Source: the human T2T-CHM13v2.0 reference genome, Homo sapiens. From it: 64,000 bases of DNA. The translations under genes were made by a program, and so were the position numbers. The notes below the pieces were generated by a model, which searched no databases, was not told the origin of the DNA, and saw only the letters and a list, made by a program, of their open reading frames with translations. Of this stretch, positions 40,061 through 58,054 are shown piece by piece. The stretch lies in assembly GCF_009914755.1 (NCBI RefSeq), contig NC_060945.1; one strand, written 5' to 3'. Position 1 is the first letter of the stretch, and every line of letters begins with the position of its first letter.

Positions 40061-40410
40061 TGTCTTAGTTCAGGTAGCTATAACAAAATACCAAAGACAG
40101 AGTGGCTTATAAACAACTTAGTTCTCAGTATCCTGGAGGCTGGAAGTCAGGGTGACAGTATGGTCTGGTCCTGGTGAGGGCCTTCTTCCAGGTTGCAGAC
40201 TGTCATCAACTTGTTCTATCCTCACATGGTGAAAAGAGCTGGGGAGTTCTTTGGGGTCCCTTCTATAAGGGCACTAATCCCACTTATGAGGGCTCCACCC
40301 TAGTGACCTAATCGCCACCCAAAGGCCTTCATTGTCCTAATACCATCACACTGGGGATTAGGATTTCAACTCATGAATTTTGAAGGCACACAAACATTCT
40401 GTCCATTGCA
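40061..40410 (-). mobile_element. MLT1A0-like solo LTR
   Basis: TGTCTTAGTTCAGGTAGCTATAACAAAATACC...TCCATTGCA; TSD AAGAC/AAGTC. Confidence 0.88.
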
Positions 40411-42635
40411 AAGTCTTTGAAATCACAAAAGGTATATGTAGAATACAGAGTTAATATGGAGGCAAATTTAGAGTTGTTTATCAAATCTGAGAATTCTCAA
40501 ATTACCTTCCATTGTGGAACCCAGGAGTGGCACAAATTTAAAATATAAGTAGATTCAGGAAGGGCTTAGGGTAAAGTCATGAATGAGAGTCATAATATAG
40601 GATGGAACTTCGGAATGCACTTCTCTAGTATTTCCAACCGGCTGTTATAAAAGACAACCAAGTCTACTGTTAAGAAAATGTCCCTTGGTGCTGTCAGATA
40701 GAAAAATTTCTTATATCCTTATTTATATAATTTAAATACAAAGATTATCTTATGAGGGTCCCTTGCCTTTCCCATCCTTCTGCCCTATAAAAAAGATTCT
40801 AGCTTTTCCTTGTCTGTCTTCCTTTCTTCCACCCTCTAAGGAGCTCCCACCTTTGCCAGACTGACCCTGTAAGGCTTTGTAAGGCAAAATCAGACAGAGG
40901 GCAGGGGAGAAAAGCACAGGAAACTAGAGGGCTGGGGCGAGAGGAAGAGATTTTCCCAGGTGAAGGGCACCTGAAAATAAAAGTCTGGGTATAACTACAG
41001 AGAATATGCATGGAGGATGGGAGAGGAGTAAAAAAGAGGATATTAGAAAGCATTGCTTTTGACAGATGTAAAGGATTTAGGTTACTTTGAAGCTAATTTT
41101 GGTTTCAGTGCTGTGTTCTTTTGACCATGATACTGCCCCAGACCTAACCACACCAGTCAAGGGTTTACAAACATTCCCATGTGGGCTCATCCAATAATAC
41201 TCTTTGGGATTCCCTGTTAAAACACCTAGAATTCCTACTTATGATTTCTGTTTTACCACATGACACTTTTCAGAAGAAAGTGGTTAAATAAGCTCCTTGG
41301 ATAACCTCCTAAGTTAGGTAATTGGAGCACAGGGAAGAATCTGTCATCAGATGCCTTTCACTAAGTTAATTACAGATAAAACCAACACGAAGTGGTTAGA
41401 AGCAAAGGTTAAAATTTCACTCCCTTGGACTTTGTATAATAATGAATTAAACTGCTGGACTGCATTGGCATCCTGTTGGGAATATGATTTGGAAATAGAA
41501 AAACCAGCCAATGGTGGTCTAATTTTGTTCTTGAAAGTAATTTAAAGTAACACAAACCCACCAAGACTTTACCTCTTTTTTACTTTAAAATGCTATTCGT
41601 GATTTTAAAAAATGGTGCAGATGTACAAAAGAATCTATATGCTTTTCCTCAAGTAAAGATACTTTCTCCATATGTGTGTGGACCACAAATCACCTAAATA
41701 CTTTATAACTCAGGCACCATGACAGCATTTCAGTGCTGTTTCATTTCTCAAAACATTAAATCCTCCACAAATCCAGAAATCACATCACCTTAAAAAGCAG
41801 CCAGTGCTGGGGAGTGAGGAAGAAGGAGTAGGAGTGAAGAGAGGGTGCAGTGGAGAATGGAATGAAATATATGGAGGATGGAAAGAAAAGGATCAGTTAT
41901 TTTCTTTTCTTCAATAGGAAAGAATCAAGTGATCCTGTCTCAATGAATATGCTTCATGTATAGTATTTTTGCTATTTTTTAAAACTTCAGAAAACACATT
42001 CCTAAATGAAGATCCCACCCAAATTCCAAGTTCTTCATTAATCAGGCTTTCCATTACATTGTTCATGAGAAAATTCTCCTTTTTTAAACTACGTGGTTTA
42101 ATGCCTCCCATATTCCATAAGATTTTATAACCCGTCTTTTCTGCTGGTGGCACCTATATGCTAAAAGTTGTCAAGCTCCAGAGCCTTGTTATTTTTTACT
42201 TTACTTCTTCTACATCTACTATAAATACTAGATCCTGATTTTTAATATGTTCAACTATTAAAATATATTAGCTAGAAACTCTAAGTACTTTTAATTAAAA
42301 AATAAAAAATCCAAGTCCCTACCTCCTACACTCCCTTCGGATAATATCCCATTTTCCTTTCCAAATACTATGTCCTCTTAATTATTTTGGAGGAGGAATG
42401 AGACGCTTTCATTATTGTATATGAGCAATAAATAAGAAAATATTCTATCTATATGAGGGCTGGGGGGCATTGCAGACACCATTAGTGCCTTTTCAACATC
42501 AAATATCTGTGTATCTCTGCTTGAGGGGGCCCTCTGGCTGCTGAAGTGAATTTGGTCCAGGCCAAACCAGGCAAGAAGTGCTGGGGAGTCATGGTTCCTC
42601 AGAACAGCCCTCAACCACTGCCTGATGTGAGAGGA

Positions 42636-43263
42636 TGTCTTTTTCAGTTTGGGCTGCTAGAACAGTTGGGGAGCCCAACTTCAATTAGAGGGTGTGCTCA
42701 CAATGTTTAGTGATAGAGAAGAGGCAAAAAATGTTTTAGAACCTGTTGATCTAGAGGAGGGGGCTGATAGGAACAATTTAATTCAAGTCTGTCTGTGATA
42801 TAAACTCACATAAGAGCAAAGCAGCTTGGAAACAATTTGACAGGGATCCAGAAAAGCTTCAGAGGCAGTGACGTTTCAAGGAGGCTTTGAAGAATTAATA
42901 GGATTCATCTCGGCAGAAGTGTTTAGAGGATATCCTAGCGAGGGTAGCTTAAACAACAAACATTTATTTCTCACACTTCTGGAGGCTGAAAGTACAAGAT
43001 CAGGGTGCCCATATTTTCGAGCTCTGGTGAGAGCCCTCTTCCGTCTTGCAGACTTCCATTTTTTCACTTGTCCTTACATGGCAGAAAAGAGGGTGAGGCA
43101 ACTCTCTGAGGTCCCTGTTATAAGGACACTAACCCCATTCCTGAGGGCTCCACTCTTATGACCTAATAACCTCCCCCAAAGCAACACATCATAATACCAT
43201 CACCTTGGGGATTACATTTCAACACAGGAATATTGGAAGGACACAAACTTTGAGTCCATAGCA
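42636..43263 (-). mobile_element. MLT1A0-like LTR carrying a foreign ~275-bp insert
   Basis: TGTC...CAGTTTGGGCTGCTAGAACA | insert | GGGTAGCTTAAACAACAAACATTTATTTCTCAC...TCCATAGCA; TSD GAGGA at 42631-42635 and 43264-43268. Confidence 0.88.
42668..42939 (+). repeat. Diverged direct copy of 43473-43750
   Basis: AGCCCAACTTCAAT...GAAACAATTTGACAGGGATCCAGAAAAGCT...GGCAGAAGTGTTTAGAGGA present in both. Confidence 0.93.
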
Positions 43264-44244
43264 GAGGACAATCTCCCCAGCATCTTTGCCTTCAGTTGCA
43301 CAACTATGAGGCATGTTCTACACAGCCTCTGAGAGGTCCCAGCAGAAAGGATCCCTGGTTGCCCACCACCATGATCTGCTTGATAATTCCCCACTCCCTC
43401 AAAAGCACTTCCTGGGATCATCTCCCAAAACAGATTACTTACACTCAAATCCATATCTCAGGATCTGCTTCTGGGGGAAGCCCAACTTCAATCAGAGGGT
43501 ATGCTCACAATGTTTAGTAATAGAGAAGAAGAGGCAAAATAAGTTGGAGAACTTGTTGATCTAGAGGAAGGGGCTGATGTGAACAATTTAACTTTAATTC
43601 AAGTGTGCCTGTGATATAAACCCACATAAGAAAGCTCAGAAACAATTTGACAGGGATCCAGAAAAGCTCCAGAGGCAACAATGTTTCAAGGAGGCTTTGA
43701 AGAATTAGTAGGATTCAGCTGGGCAGAAGTGTTTAGAGGACATCCCAGGCAGAGGAACCAACAATCAAAGCCAAGAACACCCTTGGGGGCAATAGAGAAG
43801 CCATGAAGATGAGGCAGGAAAGTGACTCAAGACCTTGGATATGATGTTAATTGCAAAGAGCATACATTTCATTCCATAGACATTGGGGAAGAGAATAAAT
43901 GTTTGATCAGGGAATTGATACATTACAATTGTTTAGAAACCTAACTATGAAGAAAGCATATGAAATTGGTTTTTTAAAATAATAAGAGTATAAAATGTTT
44001 GAATTACTTACATTTATAGTAAAGCTAAATAAATGTTTTGACTAATTTACACCAATCATGGCAAACCTACTATTTTTGTGTATATTTGTTTCCATAGATA
44101 CATACATACGAATATGATGCTCTTTCATGAATGAAAATAAGATTTTAGGCAAAAGGTACACTAAGGTTTCAGATCTGTGAAATATGTCTGCAAGTAAATA
44201 AGGACAAAGGTACTCTGCAAAGTCAGTACTTTTCTGGTATTGCC

Positions 44245-44990
44245 TTTTGCAATGAATGGCATCACCACAGGCTGAGTTTCCAATTTGGGAGACCAGGATT
44301 CATGCTTAGCACCTCCCTCTTCTTCCACTGCCATATCCAGCCCACCACAAAGTCCCATCCATTTTACCTCCTAAATATCTCCCAGATTCCTCCACTTTTC
44401 TCCATTGCTCATGCCATCACCCAGTCACAGCCACCATCATCTCTCACCGGGAGGACAGCGAGAGCAAACATTCACCCTTACTCCGCCACTCTATTAACAG
44501 CACAGAAGCTCATGTCTCTCCCCAGCTTAAAGCCCTGCATTGGTTCCCACTGCACTTAGGATAAAGTGAAGTGGCCTCTGCCCACCTATTCCGCGTTGAC
44601 TCTCAGGCCTCCCTCACTCATTCTTGATGCTCCAGCCACAATGGCCAACCTTTAGTTCCCCAGGAAAACCTGTGATCCCCAACTGGGGGCTTTGCATGTA
44701 CAGTTCCTCTTGCTAGGATGCTCTTTCCCCAGGCCCCTCCTTCTTTACTCATTTAACTCCCATTCCTCCTTTGCATCCTAGCCTAGTAGCACTTTCTCAG
44801 GGAACCTTCCCTGTCCCTGGGAACCAAACCAGGTCTCCCTATTGGAAGTTTGTAACCTTCTGCGCTTTTCCTTTTCTGTCTGTTATTATCTACCTACGGA
44901 CCCATGTGACTGTCTACCTCCGTCTTTAGACCATGAACTCTGTGAAGATGGCACATAGCAGGGGCTTAAGAAATAAGTGTGTGAAGAAAT
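44245..44990 (+). mobile_element. L2 3' portion
   Basis: CCATTTTACCTCCTAAATATCTC, TGCTCCAGCCACAATGGCC, GGCTTTGCATGTACAGTTCCTCTTGCTAGGATGCTCTT, TGGCACATAGCAGG. Confidence 0.8.
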
Positions 44991-45804
44991 TATTTCAATT
45001 ATATGTTACCTTGCCTCAGGTATATGGTTCATCATTTTATATGGCCAATATGTACATATGCATTCTATGCACATTATATACGCATATATAGCTAAGAAAA
45101 CTCAGGCTGAGAGACTCTTAAGTTACTTGTTCATCAGGAATAATGGACCTGGAATTTGTCCATGAGTCTGGCTTGAGCAGACGCTCCTGACCAACACCTT
45201 GTACTGTACGCCAGAATAATAGGTAACAGTTATAGAGTTGTCTTCATGTTAAGAGTTATGGGGCCATTTTTCTATTTCTCAACATTTTATTGTATGTCAT
45301 TGCCTTGATGCCTCTTCCATAAAAATAGCCTTCTAAATGATGGATAAATTTTTCTAAGCTTTGTCTTACCCAAATTCTAATGTATTGTTTGTGTTCTTAG
45401 AACTTTTTTCCAGGTTAGTTATTTGGCTTCCCATTGTATCATATTATGTCATTCTAGATATATTATTTCTACTCTTTGCCTCTGTTCTCCTTAATTTTTG
45501 CAAAGATGCAATAAATTGAGAAAATATGCCCATTGAGGCCTATTAATTTTGCTCAAAATATCACTATCTTCCTATATAGTTAGGGTGTGGAGAGTGTTCT
45601 GAAATATGGTAGGTACAGACAATGAGATGAGGCTGAATTATACATAGAATAAAGAGTAGGAAAAATCAGCTCCAGGTTGGAAACAATGAAACCAGATAAC
45701 ACTTCAGGTTAAAGGAACAAACATGGTTAAAGAAACAAACATGGTTAATGAGTGTCTACTGTGACAAAGAGTTGACTAATACACAGAAGGCCAAACATAA
45801 TCTT

Positions 45805-49768
<3,964 letters not shown>

Positions 49769-50429
49769 ATAATCTCCACTTTAAAAAAAAAAATAAACTG
49801 CTTGAGATTTATCCAAAGGAGAGTTATGTGAAAACAGATAAGCTTATATAATAGAATCACTACATATTTTAAATATGCTGCATTTTTCTCAATAAAATCA
49901 GAATTATTTACAACATATACATATATTTTTCTTTGTTTCAAACAAAGAAAATTGTTTAACAAAAGAGATAAAAGGTGAGGTCCTAATGAATTCAGAAAAT
50001 CCAGTCAACCTGATTCATGATAAGACAAAAGAGTAGATGAAAGTATCAAAAATTCTTGCAAAATCTGTCAATGATTGTGCACAGCAAGCTTAGGTATGAG
50101 TCAAGGTTAATGTCTTCACTCACAATCTTATGCTTTTATCCCAGAAAAACCTACTCATGCCCCACAAAGCCAGTCCCCAAAAAAGGCAACAATGGGCGCC
50201 ACAGTCCATTCACCCATGAGTCCTGGCCTTTTCAATTTCTTCCTGGCTGATGTCTGGCTCTTATTTCTATGCCTTCTTTTATGGGCTCTCATCTTTTGAC
50301 TTCATCTCCAGCCCCTGTGGGAGCATTGCAATTGAGCATCATTATGCTTTGGGTTTATCTGCTTTTGCCTTTTGCCAAGTAGGGGCATTGCTCATTTTCT
50401 GGCTCTGTTTACAGTTGACTCTGCCCAAC

Positions 50430-50786
50430 TGATATCTTTCAGATGAGTCCCCACCCAAATCTCACCTTGAATTGCAATAATCCCCATGTGTCAAGGGTGG
50501 GGCCAGGTGGAGATAACTGAATCATGGGGGTGGTTTCCCCCATACTGTTTTTGTGGTAGTGAATAAGTCTCACAAGATCTGATGGTTTTATAAATGGGAG
50601 TTCTCCTGCACAAGCTCACTCTTGCCTGCCACCATATAAAACGTGCCTTTGCTTTTCCTTTGCCTTTGCCATGATTGTGAGGCCTCCCCAGCCATGCTGA
50701 ACTGTGAGTCCATTGAACCTCTTTCCTTTACAAATTACCCAGTCTCAGGTATATCTTTACTAGCAGTGTGAGAACAGAATAATACA
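50430..50786 (+). mobile_element. THE1C-like solo LTR
   Basis: TGATAT...CCCCACCCAAATCTCACCTTGAATTG...AATTACCCAGTCTCAGGTAT...TAATACA; TSD CCAAC at 50425-50429 and 50787-50791. Confidence 0.94.
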
Positions 50787-50963
50787 CCAACCAAGCTCTA
50801 TGATACACTCACTTGGCTGTTCCACTCCCTGGGAGTAGGAGTGGGCAGTTCACCATTATGAATATCCAAGTGACAGGGTTTGAAGGAACCCAGTAGCTTC
50901 TCAGCTGCCCACCCAAATACACGGAAAGCATCTCTTAACATGCAAGTGTTGACGAAAAGCAAC

Positions 50964-51540
50964 TCAGCTTATTCTCATTATTCAGAGATTCACTTATTTG
51001 TAACTCCAAAATCAATTCTCTCAGTGCTTTCATGGCCATTCACAGATTTGCATAGAACAGGAAAAAAGTCTGAGTCACTTGCCACATATATTCCCAGCTG
51101 AGGTTGAACAAGGCAACATGCTGCCTTCTTGTTTCAGTGGACATACTGTAAAACAAGTGTCCTTTTAACTGTCTATTTACTGCCCTGTTTTTTACATTTG
51201 TGTGCTTCGGTTTGATGATTTCACTGCTTAAAAAGTTCCCAAGCACAGTGCTGAAGTGTTGTCTAGTATATGTGTTAGGCAAGCTTCATTCAAACCTGAG
51301 CTACAGTATTGTTGGCCATGAGTTCAATACTAACAATCCAACAATAGACAGTAAATAAGGTGATTTTAAATAGAAACACACATAAGGTATGTGATGATCA
51401 GATAGTGAACATACTGTGACCAGAGGCTCCTGGGAGCATAACCCTGTATTTCCCCTAGGAGCAATGGTTCAGTATTTGCTAATTCAGTGTTTACAGTGAC
51501 TTTATAGAAGACAATTACTATGAATAATGAGAATCAACTG
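50964..51540 (+). mobile_element. MER82-like Tigger-derived DNA transposon
   Basis: TIRs CAGCTTATTCTCATTATTCA ... TGAATAATGAGAATCAACTG; internal CCCAGCTGAGGTTGAACAAGGCAAC. Confidence 0.8.
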
Positions 51541-51599
51541 AACTGCATCACATTATGGTCCTGGAGTATGAATAGGACCCAGAACAGACAGTAATGTTA

Positions 51600-51909
<310 letters not shown>

Positions 51910-52164
51910 ATATAAGGGCCTGGATGGAGGTTTTGATGGGCTCCACCGTGAGAAACTAAGAAAGTGTCATGCGAAATAGGAGAGCACTCAACTGGAGCTG
52001 GAGAAACACCAGACAAACTTGTACCTCTTCTCCATACTTCTTGAGCCCAACCCTATTGCTATGTATATAGTATTAGTAAATAATCTGGTAATAATATCAC
52101 ACAAACTATCCATGGCAAAAGAGGTATTATCTTAGGATTTTACACTTAATGTTTGACAGTATGG

Positions 52165-52742
52165 ATTGCTACTGCTCAGTATAGTAGCTACCAGCAAAAG
52201 TAGTCACTGAGTACTTGAATGTGGCTAGTCCAAATTGAGATGTCGATTTCAGACACAGTATGATAAAAATAATGTAAAACTGCTTGTGAATATTTTTTGA
52301 GACAGGATTTTGCTCTGTCTCCCAGGCTGGAGTGCAGTGGTGTAATCATAGCTCAATGAAGCCTCGACCTCCAGGGCTCCATCCATCCTCCCACCTCAGC
52401 CTCCCTGGTAGCTGGGACTACAGGCATGCACCACCATGCCCAGCTAATTTTTGTATTTTTTGTAGAGAGAGGTTTTACCATGTTTCCCAGGCTGGTCTCG
52501 AACTCCTGGGCTCAAGGTATCCTCCCACATCAGCCTCCTAAAATGCTGGGATGACAGGAATGAGCCACCACGCCCAGCATGAATAATTTTTCTATTGATT
52601 CCATATTGAAGTATTTTTACATAATAGGCATTAAAAGTATTGAAATTAATTTTATCTTTTTTTAACCTTTTTTAAATGTGGCCACTAGAAAACGTTACAT
52701 GGCTTATATGGACTGCATTGTGTTTGTATTAGACAGTGCTGA
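52165..52742. mobile_element. MER33-like hAT element split by an Alu
   Basis: GAATGTGGCTAGTCCAAATTGAGATG ... AAATGTGGCCACTAGAAAA...TTAGACAGTGCTG. Confidence 0.75.
52293..52578 (-). mobile_element. AluJ
   Basis: ATCATAGCTCA, GCCTCGACCTCC, CCTGGGCTCAAG J-type positions; TGAATA duplication at flanks. Confidence 0.93.
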
Positions 52743-52814
52743 TTTGAAATAAACAGCTGAATTGGGAGGATTTATAGTAAGAATTTATAGTGAAAATAGT
52801 GAACTAGACCACCA

Positions 52815-53064
52815 TATAACAGCTATACTTACATCCTACTTACTCTGAGCCAGGCACTGTTCTAAGTACTTTACATATATTACTAATTACATATATTACT
52901 TTACATATATTAACTTGACTGATCCTCACTGGAATTCTCAGGGATAGATGCTATTCATTTTGCAAATGAAAAACTGAGGCAAAGAAAAGTGAAGTGATTT
53001 GCCCCAGGTCACACTAGATTTGAGCCAGATTTGACCTAATTAATATAGCTCACATTCTTAACCA

Positions 53065-53065
<1 letters not shown>
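52815..53065 (-). mobile_element. MIR
   Basis: GAGCCAGGCACTGTTCTAAGTACTTTACA...GAAAAACTGAGGC...TTGCCCCAGGTCACAC. Confidence 0.8.

Positions 53066-53110
<45 letters not shown>
53065..53110. repeat. (CA)n microsatellite
   Basis: ~20 perfect CA units. Confidence 0.96.
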
Positions 53111-53766
53111 CTATTTGATGCAATCATCAAACCCATAAAATAAAAATTACTTATCAGTAAATAGAAATCATAGCTTATGCCTCAGTTGCATTCTCTGAAG
53201 ATATAAAAAGAAACAGACATTTTTATAAAGGAATTAACTTCCAAAAGTTTTGCAAGGTTTTGCAAAAATTGAGCCACCATGAATGTGAGGATATTGTGTT
53301 GTCTTCCATCTAGATCTAGTATAGAAACGCAGGTCAAAAGGTAGGAAGATAGAGTAAAAATATACCGATTTTACTGGTTAAAAAAAATTGATAAAAGAGA
53401 ATACAAAAAAATTTAAAGGGGGATTTGGGGATAAATATTAGAAAAAGAACTTTTCAAATGAGAAGAGATAGCATACAGTGAAGTTTGCAGATGAACTAAG
53501 GTGCTAGGTAAATGAAGAACCAAGCCAGCAGGAACAGGAGTCCGATGGAAGAGGCAGAAATGTGCTAAATAAACAGACTTAGGATTTGTAAAACAAAACT
53601 GCTTAAGCTGACCATATAAAGCTGCTTGTTTGTTGTTTCAAAAATCAATTGAAAATTATTTGAGAGAGTTGTTTCCATTTAAAAAATAATGATTATATTC
53701 ACTTATTAGCAAAGGACAATGACCTGGCTCCTGTGCTGGTTATTCCTGGGAAGAAAGGCATCCATA

Positions 53767-54080
53767 GGCCGGGCACGGTGGCTCACGCCTGTAATCCCAG
53801 CACTCTGGGAAGCAGAGGCAGGCGGATGACCTGAGGTCGGGAGTTCAAGACCAGCCTGACCAACATGGAGAAACCCCGTCTCTACCAAAAATACAAAAAA
53901 ATTAGCCGGGCATGGTGGCGCATGCCTGTAATCTCAGCTACTCAGGAGGCTGAGGCAGGAGAATCGCTTGAACCCAGAAGGCGGAGGTTGTGGTGAGCCA
54001 AGGTCGCGCCATTGCACTCCAGCCTGGGCAACAAGAGCGAAACTCAGTCTCAAACAAACAAACAAACAAACAAACAAAAA
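53767..54080 (+). mobile_element. AluSp with (CAAA)n tail
   Basis: GAGGTCGGGAG, CCTGACCAACATGGAGAAAC, GCGCATGCC, GCAACAAGAGCGAAAC diagnostics; GCATCCA-containing TSD. Confidence 0.95.
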
Positions 54081-54170
54081 GCATCCAGAAAGGCCATGAG
54101 AGGAGCCTGACTCTCTTTTATACCTGCAGGATCTGCATCTTCAGAACTCCATACAGGCCTTGTAGATTTC

Positions 54171-54482
54171 TTTTATTAAAAAAAAAAAAAATAGAGACAA
54201 GTCTCTCTCTCTGTTACCCACGCTGGAGTGCAGTGGTGCAATCATAGCTCACTGCAGCCTCCAACTCCTGGGCAGAAGCAATCCCCTGCCTCAGCCTCTC
54301 AAGTAGCTGGCGCCTACAGTTGCACACTGCCATGACCAGCTAATTTTTTTTTATTTTTATTTTGTAGAGACAGAGTCTTGTTATGTTGCCTGGGCTGGTC
54401 TCAAACTCTTGGCTTCAAAAGATCCTTCCATCTCAGCCTCCTAAAGTTCTGGGATTACAGGCATGAGACACTGTTCCTGGCC
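54171..54482 (-). mobile_element. AluJ
   Basis: Reverse Alu ending CCTGGCC; TSD TAGATTTC on both sides. Confidence 0.93.
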
Positions 54483-54759
54483 TAGATTTCATTTTAAAAC
54501 ACTGAGAACAATTAGTCTACATGTCACTGCACACTTGCATGGAGACAACTCCTCTGCTACACAGGGAAGCCTGGATTAGTAGCAGGTGTTGCTGAACCGC
54601 ATCACCAGCCTGGGACTCAGAAAACCTGCATTCGAAGTCTCTCTGTTACTTATTACCCTGGGGATCTTGGCATATCACAGAGTTTCCAAGGGCTTTATTT
54701 CTAAAGAGAAAAGATGGAACAAAAGGAAGAAGTTTACACAGAGATTAAAAATCTAAAAC

Positions 54760-54945
54760 AGGGCTCAGATTCTTGCTCTTCAACTTCAAGTTTAAGACGT
54801 TGGCCACATTACCTCTTGGAGCTTGTTTCTTCATCAATAAGATGTTGATAATCATCCCCGCCTCATGGGACTGATGAAATGAAGGAGTGAGATCATCTTT
54901 GTAAAGTTTTAGCACAGTGTTTAGCCTGGCACGTACTACGAACCC
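54760..54945 (+). mobile_element. MIR fragment
   Basis: TTGTTTCTTCATCAATAAGATG..GATAATCATCCCCGCCTCATGG...GTAAAG..TTAGCACAGTG..GCCTGGCACGTA. Confidence 0.65.
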
Positions 54946-55874
54946 AAAAATGATTTTTTAAAATTAGATGATAATTCAGCTTCTTTCCAGCTCAGACATG
55001 CTATGAAGATACGCAGCCAGCACTGCCTTGCCATGGTGTGTCTTTTTTTCTGACTCAAGCCTGTTCCTTATTAAAATGCTGCAACTTTGTGGTGAGAAAA
55101 GGAGTTATTCCGTAACTTTGACCATCAGAAAGTGAACCAACTGACACCAAGGCCTCAGCAATGATTCTAAGTATTAAGAGTTGCTTTCATCTTCACAGAT
55201 GGAAGAAGTGAGGACAATACTTGGTCAAGGTCACACACGTTGAGGAACCACCCAAGAGAGATCAGAAACTCAATCCCTTCCTCAAGCCCTTGGACTCTGT
55301 TTGCTAATTACTTGTGAGAGTTATTAACGTGCTTTTTATTTTTCTTTAATTTTGGTTTTCTTCATTTATGGCTATCAACATAATCCCTTGCTCAAAGCTC
55401 AAGGCTAAATACTAGGTAAGGCTCATATTCTCACTGGCAGAAACCTCTGTTTTAAACACTTCTCTAAAAAATAGAACCTTGTTTATAAGCTTTATACCAT
55501 TGCTGTAAAATGTAATATGCAAATAAGGCATTTTATAACTTTAGAGTTAAATAATAAAGGCAGCACTCCAAACCTCAACTAGATATTTACATAATTGCAT
55601 TACTAGCATTTGCATGAGCTGTAATGAAAGCTAAGGGGGAAAACCTGCTTATTTCCTATTAACTCCATAATAGAACATGATTTTTATTTGCTCTTACAAA
55701 TAAAACTTAACTGCTTGTTTGTTTGTTTGTTTGTTTTTTAACCAGACGCTACATTTGGGTTCCTTATAGTTCCTGATTATAATAACAGAGCGCCAGCAAA
55801 TTTCATAAGAAGAAAAACCTGTTTGATGAAAAATTAGTTATTCCAAAAGAATTCCCCTAAACATCTGACTTTAG

Positions 55875-56216
<342 letters not shown>

Positions 56217-56444
56217 GTATCACACCTTTTTAAGATTAATTTCTTTAAGGTCAGTTTTCCCTAAATCTCTCTATGTACACTCAGTACAGAGGACCAGCTG
56301 ATAGTCCTGACTTCCATCCTGATTAATAAGTCAATCAATGTTGTTGGGTGTCCCTAGAGCCAACCTAGCATGCACCCAATAAATGCATGCTAAATTGTAT
56401 TGAAATTAAATCTATTCCATGTAAGTAAGTGACTTATGGCACAT

Positions 56445-56650
56445 CTCTTGGTTTTGATGTCCCCCAAATACAGATTCTGAGATAGAAGCTGGGTGCAGGT
56501 AGTTTATTTGGGAGATAACCTCAGAAAGCACAGGTAGGGCAATGGAGAAAGTGAGACTAGGAAGGGAGGTAAACTAAAAGGGATACATTCATGAGACAGG
56601 TAATCACTGCAGACAACTGAGCTGCAAACTCAGAGTGAATACTGGGAGGA
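56445..56650 (-). mobile_element. ERVL LTR16/LTR33-like fragment
   Basis: CAGATTCTGAGATAG..GGGTGCAGGTAGTTTATTTGGGAGATAACC..AGAAAGCAC..GTGAGAC. Confidence 0.65.
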
Positions 56651-57779
56651 AACACATGGAGGGAACTTGATGAAATCTCAGGCATTTCTCCCCCTTAGCC
56701 TTCTCCTAACCACACATCAACAGCTTTCCAGGGATACCAGACAAGAGTGAGGGCTTAGGTGCTGCCAACTCTCAGACTGAACTCTGCAAGTTCTATCATG
56801 TCCTGACTCAGACCCCAGTTACTGTCAGAAGCAATGCTCTCTGCCATCCGCAGTCCAGATTCTCAATCTCATTTCAAGTCTTGCTTTTAAATAATTCTGG
56901 ATGATTTTTATAATTTGGTCTTCAATTTGTCTATTTTTACTCATCTATTCCCTAAAATAATTTCAAAAGACATTGTACCCCCTAGCACATTATTAGGTTG
57001 ACATCTATAGGCTTTCTTGGTCATCAGTTTAAGTAGTTGCTAAAAGTGACTTCCAGTAAATTGTAAATATTGAAAGTCTAAAATAAAATTGTTACTCAGA
57101 TCCTTCAAATGTTTCCAGTGGAATTTAAATTCCAAAGAAATGGGATACTCATCACTGTTCACTTAACGATATAAATGTACATGCTTATCTTGTTTTATAA
57201 TGTTCCTTAAAGTCATATTTCCATTCCATTTTCCCCACAGAACTTTATTCTAATACAATAATATACTTGAAATAATTTAACTAAATTTAACTAAATAAGA
57301 ATTTAACTAATTATTAACATAATTCACCACAGAAAAGGGTATAAATTAACATTTTTTAAAAAAGGTCCTTTGACTATATAGGTTCAAATGTATATTTTTA
57401 AGTTTTATTTTGGGAATTACCATACTATGTTTTACTTAGTTCACAACTGATCAAAACAATACAAATATATTTTAAATATTAATAAATAAACTTAAAAATT
57501 TAAATTTTAATGGAAAATCATCTCAATGAAATGGGCGGGACTGGTCTGATTTTTCTAATTAGTTAATCTCTCCATGAATGAATACTATTTATCAATAGAA
57601 TGAGACAGAGGTTAATATCAATGTTGTTCTTTGTTTAAAAAATAGCACTGAAAAGACTTGTCCAAAAAGAATTTATTTAAGTAGTTGAAAATAGAATCGA
57701 TTTTATTATAGCAGTGTCTTTCACTTCTTTGAGATTTTTTAGAGTTACATCCTAAACATAGCATAGTAGTCTACCGTCA

Positions 57780-58054
<275 letters not shown>

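Larger units (their letters stand above)
42490..43490 (+). mobile_element. ERVL LTR16-like LTR split by MLT1A0 (pieces ~42490-42635 and 43264-43490)
   Basis: AGAACAGCCCTCAACCA...; CTTCCTGGGATCATCTCCCAAAA...CTCAGGATCTGCTTCTGGGGGAAGCCCAA end. Confidence 0.7.

Noticed and set aside
45707-45748. Small tandem duplications (18-bp here; also ~52867-52911, ~57274-57311, and 6- and 9-bp duplications in the L1)
   Set aside because: Ordinary slippage events.
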